This document shows, piece by piece, positions 1-11,420 of a DNA stretch of 64,000 nt. Made by a program: the position numbers and the translations under genes. The stretch comes from Macrostomum lignano (Eukaryota). Below the pieces are notes generated by a model, which made no database searches, was not told the origin of the DNA, and was given only the letters and a program-made list of their open reading frames with translations. The stretch is taken from assembly GCA_002269645.1 (NCBI GenBank), contig NIVC01001322.1, positions 62,001 through 126,000 on the forward strand, in the 5' to 3' direction. The first letter of the stretch is position 1, and each line of letters begins with the position of its first letter.

Positions 1-194
1 AGAGGTGAGATAAAGGAATTTTAGGAGAGTGTTTGGCATGAGGCCAAGAAGGAAAGACTATAGAATAAGCTCTTAGTACGAGCTAGAAGATATAAGGAGG
101 AATATCGAATACAGATGATAAACAATGAGAGTATTGGCGCTAATGAAGACTACCAAAATGTTTCAAATCAACGATAAAGCATCGGCAGCGCTAT

Positions 195-3100
195 TCAACT
201 CTCAATTACCTTCGAAGAGGCCTCGTAGTTGGCCAACGAGCTGCTGGTGGGGCACCGGTGGCCGTACACAGCAACACCATCCTCAGCCGGATCTACTTTG
301 CGCGTCATCCAGTCAGTGCCAGTCCCGTGCCGGTTCCGCTCGGCGTATTCAGCGCCTTCGCCTCTAGTCCGCGAGGACGGGCGCGTTGAAGGCGCCGTAG
401 TCGGTCGGGCGTCGTGTCGGTACCAGTCGGCCTGGGAGCGCATCGACCTGGCGATCTCGCGTCCAGCCTCGGACGTGCACTTTGGCCCGGGCGCCGCCTG
501 CGGGTCCGGCTTCTTGTTGTGATCGAACCAGTCGCCCTCGCGAGCCTGGTTGGCACGCTGCATCAGCTCCACATTAGACGGTGGATAAACTTTAACTGGA
601 CGCGGCTTCGGCCTGAACGCGTAATTGCCGTGGAAGTCGAACCACTTGTCCTCCTGGTTGTTGAACTTGTCGGCGATGCGTCTGGCGTCCTCGTCGCGCA
701 GTCGAACTGGCGCCGGCGCGTCGTCCGGCGGCAGGCGGTAGTTGTGGAACACCTCGCCGACTGTCGGCTTGTTTCTGATGGTAAGAAGCAATGCTATGTA
801 GCTAAATAATTTTGACTATAAGCAGCGATCTAGAGCCAGATAGCAGCTTCCAATTTACACATTTTACTGAATTTACCGCAACTTCGGTTTGATTAAACCG
901 AGTTTTGTTAATTTGGCTTTATCCGACAAAAATATGCAATACGTATCTAACTGTGGTCACCCAGCTGACATCGTCCTAGCACCAGTTGCGAGGCAATTCT
1001 GCTCATTCCGCCGACTCCTGAGCATATTAAACGCGACAATGCAGTTATGCAGGCACGCACTCATACATGCTCACACATACTCATACACAATCTCACGCAT
1101 ACTCATACACAATCTCATGCATACTCATACACAATCTCACGCATACTCATACACAATCTCACGCATACTCATACACAATCTCACGCATACTCATACACAA
1201 TCTCACGCATACTCATACACAATCTCACGCATACTCATACACAATCTCACGCATACTCATACACAATCTCACACATACTCATACACAATCTCACGCATAC
1301 TCATACACAATCTCACACATACTCATACACAATCTCACGCATACTCATACACAATCTCACGCATACTCATACACAATCTCACGCATACTCATACACAATC
1401 TCACGCATACTCATACACAATCTCACGCATACTCATACACAATCTCACGCATACTCATACACAATCTCACGCATACTCATACACAATCTCACGCATACTC
1501 ATACACAATCTCACGCATACTCATACACAGTCTCACGCATACTCATACACAATCTCACGCATACTCATACACAATCTCACGCATACTCATACACAATCTC
1601 ACACATACTCATACACAATCTCACGCATACTCATACACAATCTCACGCATACTCATACACAATCTCACGCATACTCATACACAATCTCACGCATACTCAT
1701 ACACAATCTCACGCATACTCATACACAATCTCACGCATACTCATACACAATCTCACGCATACTCATACACAATCTCACGCATACTCATACACAATCTCAC
1801 GCATACTCATACACAATCTCACGCATACTCATACACAATCTCACGCATACTCATACACAATCTCACGCATACTCATACACAATCTCACGCATACTCATAC
1901 ACAATCTCACGCATACTCATACACAATCTCACGCATACTCATACACAATCTCACGCATACTCATACACAATCTCACGCATACTCATACACAATCTCACGC
2001 ATACTCATACACAATCTCACGCATACTCATACACAATCTCACGCATACTCATACACAATCTCACGCATACTCATACACAATCTCACGCATACTCATACAC
2101 AATCTCACGCATACTCATACACAATCTCACGCATACTCATACACAATCTCACGCATACTCATACACAATCTCACGCATACTCATACACAATCTCACGCAT
2201 ACTCATACACAATCTCACGCATACTCATACACAATCTCACGCATACTCATACACAATCTCACGCATACTCATACACAATCTCACGCATACTCATACACAA
2301 TCTCACGCATACTCATACACAATCTCACGCATACTCATACACAATCTCACGCATACTCATACACAATCTCACGCATACTCATACACAATCTCACGCATAC
2401 TCATACACAATCTCACGCATACTCATACACAATCTCACGCATACTCATACACAATCTCACGCATACTCATACACAATCTCACGCATACTCATACACAATC
2501 TCACGCATACTCATACACAATCTCACGCATACTCATACACAATCTCACGCATACTCATACACAATCTCACGCATACTCATACACAATCTCACGCATACTC
2601 ATACACAATCTCACGCATACTCATACACAATCTCACGCATACTCATACACAATCTCACGCATACTCATACACAATCTCACGCATACTCATACACAATCTC
2701 ACGCATACTCATACACAATCTCACGCATACTCATACACACGCATCTCACGCATACTCATACACAATCTCACGCATACTCATACATGCATACTCATACACA
2801 ATCTCACGCATACTCATACACAATCTCACGCATACTCATACACAATCTTACGCATACTCATACACAGCATACTCATACACAATCTCACGCATACTCATAC
2901 ACAATCTCACGCATACTCATACACAATCTCACGCATCTCACGCATACTCATACACAATCTCACGCATACTCATACACAATCTCACGCATACTCATACACA
3001 ATCTCACGCATACTCATACACAATCTCACACATACTCATACACAATCTCACGCATACTCATACACAATCTCACGCATACTCATACACAATCTCACGCATA

Positions 3101-3529
3101 CTCACGCAGGGTGTACAGCAGCCCTGACTTTCTAATCATCAGGCATGTACACTCTCTGTGTCTTCGGGGTTGACCCGTCGTGAGTTAAAAACGCAGACAA
3201 CCTCTCAGCCAATTGTTTGGCGCTCACAAGCCACAAATGAATGCGGCCGCGCGCGGAATCGAACCAGGGATCGCGGCGTGAGAGACACGCCACTCCAACA
3301 TTCCATGAGTCAAATGGTTATATAAATCAGCTACCCGATGAGATATTTAGCCGAGAAAAAATATTTTAAAAACGCACTTTTGAGCAATCTCCTGAGCCTC
3401 GGGCCGAACCCGCGGCGCTGGCTGCGGCTCTCGATAATCGGCCTTGTGCTGAAACCATTGGCCCGGATTGCCGCGATTCTTCAAATAGTTGCTCTGCGCC
3501 TGGTCCTTAGACGATTCCACTAGCGCCAT
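195..3529 (-). CDS. Uncharacterised ~243-aa repeat protein ('gene A'), 2 exons: 3529-3378 and 774-195
   Basis: ATG at 3529 (MALVESSKDQ...). Donor GTGCGT at 3377 and acceptor CATCAG at 780-775 join in phase 2 (AA|A) to give ...EAQEIAQK-NKPTVGEVFHNY... Stop at 197-195. Internal ~35-aa repeats (PQPAPRVRPEAQEIA, PAPVRLRDEDARRIA, PGPKCTSEAGREIA) with W-F/Y-x-H motifs. GC-rich exons. Confidence 0.8.
935..3318 (-). mobile_element. tRNA-derived SINE (type C) split by an internal 2-kb minisatellite
   Basis: Minus strand 3318-3240 reads as a tRNA-Glu-like head (CTCTCACGCCGCG...GGTTCGATTCC, B box). 3150-3105 reads GTGTACATGCCTGATGATTAGAAAGTCAGGGCTGCTGTACACC, like the core of the SINE at 7500. Below the array, 1025-985 reads GCTCAGGAGTCGGCGGAATGAGCAGAATTGCCTC, like the 3' part of that SINE. 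Confidence 0.65.
1075..3105. repeat. 22-bp minisatellite (ATACTCATACACAATCTCACGC)n, ~90 copies, in the intron of gene A
   Basis: Directly visible, near-perfect array. It produces the 22-aa periodic ORFs in all three + frames. Confidence 0.98.
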
Positions 3530-3862
3530 GCTAATGTGACTATTGATTAACCTTACCTTTAGTATTGAACTATAATAATACCAGATCACAACTCGAATAC
3601 ACGGCAAGTAAGCAGGCACAGTTTGCTGCTCTATCTATTGTACTCGCAGCTCTGAATTCCAACTAGACTTAGGAGGCGGGGAGAGGGCTGAGAGGAGGGG
3701 CAAAGCAAATGAATGGAGCGACAGTGAGTCAGTGCAGCTCTCACGAACACACCTGGCTGCTCAGTGACAACCCCGCTCGTAGAGCTCTCCACCATCCCTT
3801 TCTCTCTCTCTCTCTCCCGCTTACCGTCACAGTCTTACTACCCCAAAAAGGGTAGAAAGGTG

Positions 3863-3876
3863 GTCCCCCTAGCAAC
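3863..3876. promoter_or_regulatory. RFX X-box-like motif GTCCCCCTAGCAAC in the shared divergent promoter
   Basis: Close to the RFX consensus GTNRCC(N0-3)RGYAAC. Sits near the middle of the 746-bp region between the two start codons (3529 and 4276). Confidence 0.45.
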
Positions 3877-4275
3877 ATGGGGTTGGCTACAGATAGGGCG
3901 ACAGTACGCAGCCTCTTTCTATAATGTCTGTCTCTCTTTCTGTGCTCACGCGCATGCAATCTCTCTCTCCCTCTATTCCAGCAGTGCGCTAAGGCAAAAG
4001 CAGCAAAGGGGTGGCCGCATAACACCGGTAGGCAATAAGACTTAAATGAGGCACTGCAGTCAGTGTACGTACGTTTTGCTGCTGAGCGATCGAGGCTGCT
4101 CCAAGGGTGTGTATTTCCTGCCGCTGTCAAGAAAGCCGGAACGGTAGACCCGAAAGCCGCAGAGCTCTCTTTTCGCAGTTTATTTAGTCAAACAAATAAG
4201 AAAGGCTACAAAGAAGCGGAGAACTTATTTGGAATTTGAACGGCTTTGGACTCCAAAGCCGCAGCAGATAGTCAT

Positions 4276-6460
4276 ATGGCTTCAATCAGCAGAACAAACG
4301 GCAATCAAAACGGCCTTGGCGTCTATGGAAGGACCATGAAAACCTCAGTAGACTTTGCCGAAGATTACTATCAGCCGGACAAATACGGTTTCAAGCTGCA
4401 CGGAGCCCCTGAAAGCAACGGTTTTGGCGCTACAACCGAGCCAAAGAAGCGCAGCAAGCCCATTAAAGTGCACAGCCCGAAGGTTCGCACCGGCTGGGAC
4501 AAGGCAGCCGTTGTGGCAAACGGTGAACGCTCGCGCAGCAGCGCCGTGAAAGCGAACTTCGACTACAGGCCAGAGAATGCCGAACGCACCGAGAAGCAGC
4601 AGCCAAGGGGCAGCGCCATCGACGGCAGGTTCGCCGAAATCCAGCGCAAGCAGACGCACACTGAGATGGACAAAGTACTCAATCCGAGCAAGGAGCGCTT
4701 CTACCAGCCAGAGATGAATCCCAAGTGTCCGACCGAGGACAGCAAGGAGTTCTACAGGCGCAACCAGAGAGGCACGTACGGATTCATGGAGCCGCCCAGG
4801 GCCAACTACCCCACGGACGAACCCGGCAAGGTGCGCTGTCCATCCGCAGCGGCCCGGGAGAATCTGGAGAAGGGCCGCGGAATGGCTGGCCGGCTCATTC
4901 ACCAAGAGGAGCGGTCGCGCACACCGCCGCCCAGCCTTCGCCTCGGCGCGTCGCAGGAGAGCCGCGAGAACTACGACCGATCGCGCGGCGGCTGCATGTC
5001 GGCCGTGTTCAACCAGTCGGAGAACATTCGGGCCGGTGCGCAGGACCCGGCCCCGGCCGGTCGCGTGATCAAAGGCGAAGCGGCCGAGCAGAACGCGTCT
5101 AGGAATCGCGGCCAAACTGCGCAGCTGTTTGCGCCCGGTCGCGGCGCTCAGCCGGATCCGCAGCCGGCGCCGCGCGTGCGGCCTGAGGCGCAGGAGACGG
5201 CGGCCAGAGAGGGCGCCGGGATGCGGGGCACCTTCTACGGCGGGCCGCAGACGGAGCCGCAGCCGGCGCCGAGGGTTCGGCTGGGCGGTGGCGAGGTGGC
5301 CAGCAAGCTGCAGGGTACACTGACTAGCGAGCAGTACAACTATCGGCAGATGCCTCCCGATCCGCCACCTGCACCGAAAGTGCGACCTGAGGCTCAGGTA
5401 TGTCTCTCTTTGAGGTGGTGTGAATTAAAAGACGCATTAAACCATACCTATATAGGTACGTGCACTTTTCGGAAGTGAGGCTTTGGTAGAAATTTCAGTT
5501 CCCTAGCAACATATTAGACGGGCCAAATGCAAATTCTCAAATGGGCCTGCTGAGATGTTAATGCTCAAATGAGTTGATGTGATGCCAATGCTCAAGTGAG
5601 TTGATTTATGTGATGCCAATGCTCAAGTGAGTTGATCGATGTGATGCCAATGCTCAAGTGAGTTGATTGATGTGATGCCAATGCTCAAGTGAGTTGATCG
5701 ATGTGATGCCAATGCTCAAGTGAGTTGATTGATGTGATGCCAATGCTCAAGTGAGTTGATCGATGTGATGCCAATGCTCAAGTGAGTTGATCGATGTGAT
5801 GCCAATGCTCAAGTGAGTTGATCGTGTGATGCCAATGCTCAAATGAGTTGATGTGATGCCAATGCTCAAGTGAGTTGATTGATGTGATGCCAGTGCTCAA
5901 GTGAGTTGATCGATGTGATGCCAATGCTCAAGTGAGTTGATGTGATGCCAATGCTCAAGTGAGTTGATCGATGTGATGCCAATGCTCAAGTGAGTTGATC
6001 GATGTGATGCCAATGCTCAAGTGAGTTGATCGATGTGATGCCAATGCTCAAATGAGTTGATGTGATGCCAATGCTTAAATGAGGGCTGTTTAGATCGAAA
6101 ATTCGACTGGAAAATGTTCGAGTCAAAAATTTATTTTACATGTAAAAGTATACATCATACAATTGAGTCTATTTAAAGTTTTTGTCTCAAAAGGGTTTAC
6201 GTGCAAATTTTCGCATTCGCAAAGTTTTCATTCCTTTGTCTCACACGCAGGAGTACGCCAACAGGGAGCGAGCGGTGGTGACGAAGAACCTTCTGCAGAA
6301 GTACGGCCAGCTGCCATCGGACTTGCCGCCGAAGCCGCACGTGCCACCGCAGGCGTGGAACACGGCCTATAGATCGAGGGGCAGCGCCATGAAGGACTGC
6401 ATCAATCCAAGCAAGCCGAGGCGAGTCCGGCGGCACAGGAGGCCCGTTTCCGCGCACTGA
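4276..6460 (+). CDS. Uncharacterised ~443-aa repeat protein ('gene B'), paralogue of gene A, 2 exons: 4276-5397 and 6251-6460
   Basis: Long GC-rich ORF. Donor GTATGT at 5398 and acceptor CAG at 6248-6250 join in phase 0 (...PKVRPEAQ|EYANRERA...). TGA at 6458-6460. About ten copies of a P-x-P-(R/K)-(V/C/L)...E-A...N/Y-x-x-R-x-R-G repeat. Confidence 0.85.
5498..5510. promoter_or_regulatory. RFX X-box-like motif GTTCCCTAGCAAC in intron 1 of gene B
   Basis: 13-bp match to the X-box consensus, 100 bp after the donor. Confidence 0.35.
5563..6082. repeat. 27-31-bp minisatellite (TGATGCCAATGCTCAAGTGAGTTGATCGATG)n, ~17 copies, intron of gene B
   Basis: Directly visible tandem array with length variants. 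Confidence 0.95.
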
Positions 6461-6619
6461 GCTGCGTTGGGATTCTAAGAAACGAGCTCCGTTTCTGTTT
6501 TTGGTTAAACACGCGTGCATTGACAGCTAAATGGCTATGACGCTTTTATACTGCTTGCAGCGAGCGTAATAACAGGCAGACATATTAATCATCAAAGTTT
6601 GAATATGTATAACTGATTT

Positions 6620-6790
6620 GAGGGGTTCGAGCCTGGTGGTTGGGGCGTGTAATTGAGGGTGTGTGTGGCAACCCCCCCCCCAGTCCTTGGACTGAACAGC
6701 CGTACGCAGCCTTCAGATGCGCCGCGCAATAGCTGTGGCTGAGCTGTCGGTTGCACATCTGCCTATTAGGGCAGGTGTAATCAATTGTTA
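6620..6790 (+). mobile_element. SINE type A (CORE-like family), deleted copy retaining the 3' part
   Basis: GTAATTGAGGGTGTGTGTGGCAACCCC...CAGTCCTTGGACTGAACAGCCGTACGCAGCCTTCAGATGCGCCGCGC matches 23185-23310. Confidence 0.85.
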
Positions 6791-7499
6791 TATTTATTAC
6801 CAATTAATTTGAACTATTGACACATTTTGTGATCTAATTTATTCCCAAAATGATTAGATTTTCATTCTGGCTGAACGACATCAAGTCGGGACTTTCGGGA
6901 TGCTAAAGGAAATTCGATGTCACTATATTAACTACTGCAAGTATAATATATGCATTCTTTAATAGCATCAGATACGTCAGTAAAAGACCACTTGATATAG
7001 ATTGTTTTTTAATCATTTTAACTAGTTTACAGTTGTTTTTGTGCCTTAGTTTTTTCCTGCTCCGTCCGACCTTTTTAAAAATCCTCTTTACTAAAGAAGG
7101 CTATTTGATTTTATTTAACTACAATTAACAAACTGGGTAACTTATTTTGTCATTTCTCTGTCAGAGTAGGTCTACCAAGGGGCTACGTTGGTTGACACTG
7201 TTTTTTTATGGCTTTAAATCCTTTATTTGCCCCCTCCTGCACTTTTGTCGGAATCAAAACAACTCTGTCATATCCTTAATTGTTTAAATGTTTGCTTGTC
7301 GTGTCAGAAAATATATACATACGAGCTACATGTATGCTAATTTTATGTACACTGTAGCACACCCGTTATTAAATATTTGAACTGAGTGCGTTGACCCGCG
7401 GCAGTTAGGTGACAAAACATAAGCCTTTATTTTCAAGAATATGCGTATATTAGCTGCTAACCGCAACCAAATTGGCTTAATTTTCATGTGCTATGTGAA

Positions 7500-7861
7500 G
7501 GAGGCCGTAGCCCAGCGGTAGCGCAGCTGCTCTGGTGTGCCAGCGACCCAGGCTCGATTCCAAGTGCAGTCACATTAATTTGGGGCTGATTTGGAATCTC
7601 GGCTTGGCTCTGCTCGTGCAATTAGCGGCCTTGAGATCCAACCCCCCAAGGCGCAGTGAAGTGTACATGCCTAACGATAAAAATAAAGTTAGGGCCGTTG
7701 TACACTCCTGTGTGAGTGTTTGCCTGCGTACGTATCCCCGTGCTTGTGTGCCTGCTCAGGGGAGTAGGCGGAATGGGCAGTAATGGTTCTCGCCGGTTGT
7801 GTGCCTATGTCGCTTAAAGTGCGCCAGGATGCACACAACCCCCGTGCCTCTAATAAAAAAA
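7500..7861 (+). mobile_element. tRNA-derived SINE type B, full length, with poly(A) tail and target-site duplication
   Basis: A box TAGCCCAGCGG, B box GCTCGATTCC, A-rich tail. TSD CATGTGCTA(T/G)GTGAA at 7485-7499 and 7862-7876. Highly similar second copy at 38986. Confidence 0.9.
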
Positions 7862-8637
7862 CATGTGCTAGGTGAACTTGCTTGACTTGATAAGAAAGCA
7901 GTTCTTAAAATACAAGCGTTTTAACAGCTTTAGTACCGTCAATTGGATAAAATAGCTGCTTGATTAAGTAGACAAGTATAAATGTATTTAGCTCAGGGTT
8001 GTTGCGGGGTTGTTGCATACCGGTAGAGTGCACATTAGTTTTAACTGCTTTCCCGTTAATCTGTCAGAATAAATCCCCCGAAGGGAATAGCTTTGTTTAA
8101 TTTTAATTTTGGACGACCCCTTCAGAGAAGAAAAAGTTTATTAGGTTTCTTTCGGGAAATTGTAGAGATCGAACAAGCTTACAGAACTCCCTTAGGAATT
8201 TCGATTCCGGAAATTATATCCTGATGCAGTAAACATTTTATCATCACGCTTCTTGTGCAAGTGTACATTTGATATGTATATTTTCTACGCATTTCTGTAA
8301 AGAATTAACAATGAGCAAGACGAAACGACCACTTATTGTCTTAGCAAAGAATTCACAGCAACAACCGTACTCAACTCTTTCTTGCTTCTAAGCCCAGTAA
8401 CATTCAGGCATTAACAGCAATCGATTCTCTTGCATAAGGTTCAGGGTAAGCATGGTTGAGCTAACATAGCCGAGCTTAAGCCAAATATATCGATTCAAAC
8501 GTTTCTGCCATTGAACTCGAAGGGAAACAGCGTGGACGCGCAGAAAACGGCGTATAAAGCTACGCTCTCTACCGGGACTAATCTGCTAGCGCCAACTCCT
8601 AGGTTAAACAGTGCAGATCCTCCAATAGTGTCCGAGA

Positions 8638-9003
8638 ATGTCCACTGGTGAACAAGCGGCCGCGAGCGACGATTCGAAGTCGAAAATCAAACAGCGATTG
8701 GAGCTGGTCAGCTGGATAGCCGTGGCTCTCATCTTGGCTGGACTCGTCGTGGTGGTTGTTGGCTTCGCTGTGCCCACTCACTATGAAGAGCAGGATAACC
8801 TCACTGCCAGACAGAATGAGCGCAATGTTATTTACTATTATCAGCTGAGAAAAAAGATGATCAACTGCGTCATGGCCGGCATCGTGTTGCTGACGCTGGG
8901 TTCAATTGTTCTGTCTTCGGCGCTATCGACCAATTTGGCTTTGCCGTACTGCAACTGCACCGGGACGGCTGCTGCGGACAAAAAACCAGCTGCTGATGGC
9001 TGA
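8638..9003 (+). CDS. TMEM74: TMEM74/neurensin-family two-TM membrane protein (121 aa)
   Basis: Two hydrophobic helices. VVGFAVP...DNLTARQNERNVIYYYQLRKKMINCVMAGIVLLTLGSIVLS aligns by eye with human TMEM74 (AYAIP...[41 protein letters not shown], recalled from memory). Confidence 0.8.
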   Translation: MSTGEQAAASDDSKSKIKQRLELVSWIAVALILAGLVVVVVGFAVPTHYEEQDNLTARQNERNVIYYYQLRKKMINCVMAGIVLLTLGSIVLSSALSTNLALPYCNCTGTAAADKKPAADG

Positions 9004-9267
9004 TGCATACGAAAGACTACTAGACTTGTATGTACTACTAAAGTAAAAGGACGTTATTTATACGGTTGCAGATCGTGCAGCTTGCACACACTCATGAGGG
9101 TCAACCACCAAAGCACAGAGAGCTAGTGTTGATGCCTGACGTGCCAGCCTGCGTACAGTATTGGCGCGCTTGCATGTGCTCAGGAGGTGCTCAGGAGTCA
9201 GCGGTATGGGCAGAATTGCCTCAGCGCTGCTTGTGGGACGATGGCATTACTGTCTATTGCATATTCA

Positions 9268-9470
9268 GCCGACTCCCCTGAGCAGGCACACAAGCTTGCG
9301 GACACGTACACATGAGTGTAAAACGGCCCTAACTTCATTTTATCGTAGGCATGTACACTTTATTGTACTTTGGGGGTTGGCCCTCATGGGTTGTAATAGC
9401 TCGACCAGACCCAAGCCGAGATTCCAATTCAGGCCCAAATTAATTTGACTGCACTTGGAATCGAGCCCTC
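9268..9470 (-). mobile_element. SINE type B, partial copy, inverted
   Basis: Reverse complement matches the B box (GCTCGATTCCAAGTGCAGTCA), core (GTGTACATGCCTA) and CTCAGGGGAGTCGGC segment of the 7500 copy. A type C-like fragment lies just upstream on + (9170-9245). Confidence 0.85.
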
Positions 9471-10019
9471 CTGGAATTTCGATGTCCGGAAGGCTAATGC
9501 GAAACCGGCTTTCATATTGTAGAATAGCGTCCTTCTACTTTAGCTAGTTGTCAAAACACGCGTGTTTTGAAAAATATCTGTCCTGCAGTAGATTAACGAT
9601 GATTCAGACTGGCATTGGCCATTAGTTGTTTTTATTTTCATTTTCATTTCACGTATATTTCATGGTATCAGACATTGACAGCATTAATGTTCAGCTGCAG
9701 TACATAATGCATGTATGCATTACTGAATAATAAATACGGACAATGTACTTTTAATTTCAGTCAAAACTATACGTATTTATTACACCTTATGTAACGTACC
9801 TTTCCTACATAATGTACTGAAAGCCTTTTTTCTTAATATTATATTCTAAATTAAAACTAATTAAGGCTTCGAAACTTTTGAATCACCTTTCCCAATTTTA
9901 ATTGAGTTATTCGACTTTTTAAGCTCAAAAAGATGAGCTTTCTGTGCAGACAAACCTGCTATTTCATTGTGACTGTCATATCCTTCTTACTTTAGAAGAC
10001 AGAACTTTTTATACCAATC

Positions 10020-10490
10020 TCCCTTTCTCGCCTCCCCTCCCACTCTACCTCATTTTGTCTCACTCTCCTTCTCTCCCTTTATCCCTCCCTCCCTCTCTCC
10101 CTCCTTCTCTCCACCTCTCCCTCTCTCCCTCTCTCCCTCCCTCCCTCCCTCCTTCTCTCCACCTCTCCCTCTCTCCCTCTCTCCCTTCCTCCCTCCCTCC
10201 TTCTCTCCACCTCTCTCTCCCTCTCTCCCTCTCTCCCTCTCTCCCTCTCTCCCTCTCTCCCTCTCTCCCTTTATCCCTCTCTGACTCTTTCTCTCCACTC
10301 TTCTTCTCTCCCTCTCTCTCTCCACCTCTTCTTCTCTCCCTCTCTCTCTCCACCTCTTCTTCTCTCCCTCTCTCCCTCTCTCCCTCTCTCCCTCTCTCCC
10401 TCTCTCCCTCTCTCCCTCTCTCCCTCTCTCCCTCTCTCCCTCTCTTCTCTCTCCTTCTTTGCCTCCTCTCCCTCTCTATCTCTTTAATAA
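10020..10490. repeat. CT-rich low-complexity polypyrimidine tract
   Basis: Almost exclusively C/T; gives spurious (ER/GE)n ORFs. Confidence 0.95.
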
Positions 10491-11094
10491 TACCCTACTT
10501 TCGATCATAGACTGGTACGTATTATATAAATTTTATGGCCATGTATACAACAAGCAACCACAAAAACGTGCAGTCGTGCCTCGTTAGAGCTTTTTACTAG
10601 TGTAGCCGGGCCAATTTCTTTGCCAATCTGTGTCTGCGCCGCTTGAAAGCAGCAGGTGCAGACACAGAAGAAGTAATCTTGTTACCTGCCTCTTGAACTG
10701 GTAGACACCAGAAGTTACACCAATTACCATGCCGGACAACTGCCGCCTTAGTTACGAGTGTGTGTATATACATGCAGGTACTGCCGCAGGACTGACAGTG
10801 AAGAAATTCAATTAGTAGTAGGGAGGGGGGCAAGCGTTTGGTTTCGGGGGTGCAAAAAACCCACATTGTGGACTTTTCAGCTTTCCGACGAGCCCGAAGG
10901 TTGCCTACAAATAAAACTATTCGGCTTGGAAGTCAATTTTACTGGTATAAGCCATGTTCAGCTGCAGTAAAAATTCTTTTTGATTAGAGCTCTATTAAAA
11001 ACATTTGTTATATTCGTTTAGTAATTTGATCCGGGCTAAACACAGTTAATTTTCATACTGCATGCATATACTAGTAATTTTATAAAGCGCCCAC

Positions 11095-11420
11095 CAAAAG
11101 ACGGGGGTGCACACCAAGAGACAGGGACGCCCACTAAGAGACAGGGGCGCCCAAAAAGAGACAGGGGTGCCCACCAAGAGACAGGGGTGCCCACCAAGAG
11201 ACAGGGGTGCCCACCAAGAGACAGGGGCGCCCACCAAAAGACAGGGACGCCCACCAAGAGACAGGGGCGCCAATCAAGAGACAGGGGCGCCCAAAAAGAG
11301 ACAGGGTGCCCACCAAGAGATAGGAACGCCCACCAAGAGACAGGGTGCCCACCAAGAGATAGGGACGCCCATTAAGAGATAGGAGAGTCCACCAAGAGAC
11401 AGGGGCGCCAACCAAGAGAC
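11095..11420. repeat. 20-bp minisatellite (AAGAGACAGGGGCGCCCACC)n, ~16 copies
   Basis: Directly visible; same family as 63765-64000. Confidence 0.95.

Noticed and set aside
1-190. Purine-rich stretch that might be a retroelement ORF remnant
   Set aside because: Multiple stops and no diagnostic motif; equally consistent with gene A's 3' flank.
889-3173. Three overlapping 686-748-aa ORFs (HTHTQSHAYSYTISRILIHNLT)n
   Set aside because: Artefact of a stop-free 22-bp repeat (22 mod 3 = 1 cycles all frames). It lies in the intron of an opposite-strand gene.
3240-3318. Possible tRNA-Glu gene on the minus strand
   Set aside because: B box and anticodon-like loop are present, but there is no proper acceptor stem or D arm, and it continues into a SINE body.
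10597-10866. Minus-strand ORF with W..LP...VSAP..FKRR, faintly like the C-terminus of CR1/L2 ORF2
   Set aside because: Similarity too weak and spacing wrong to support a call.
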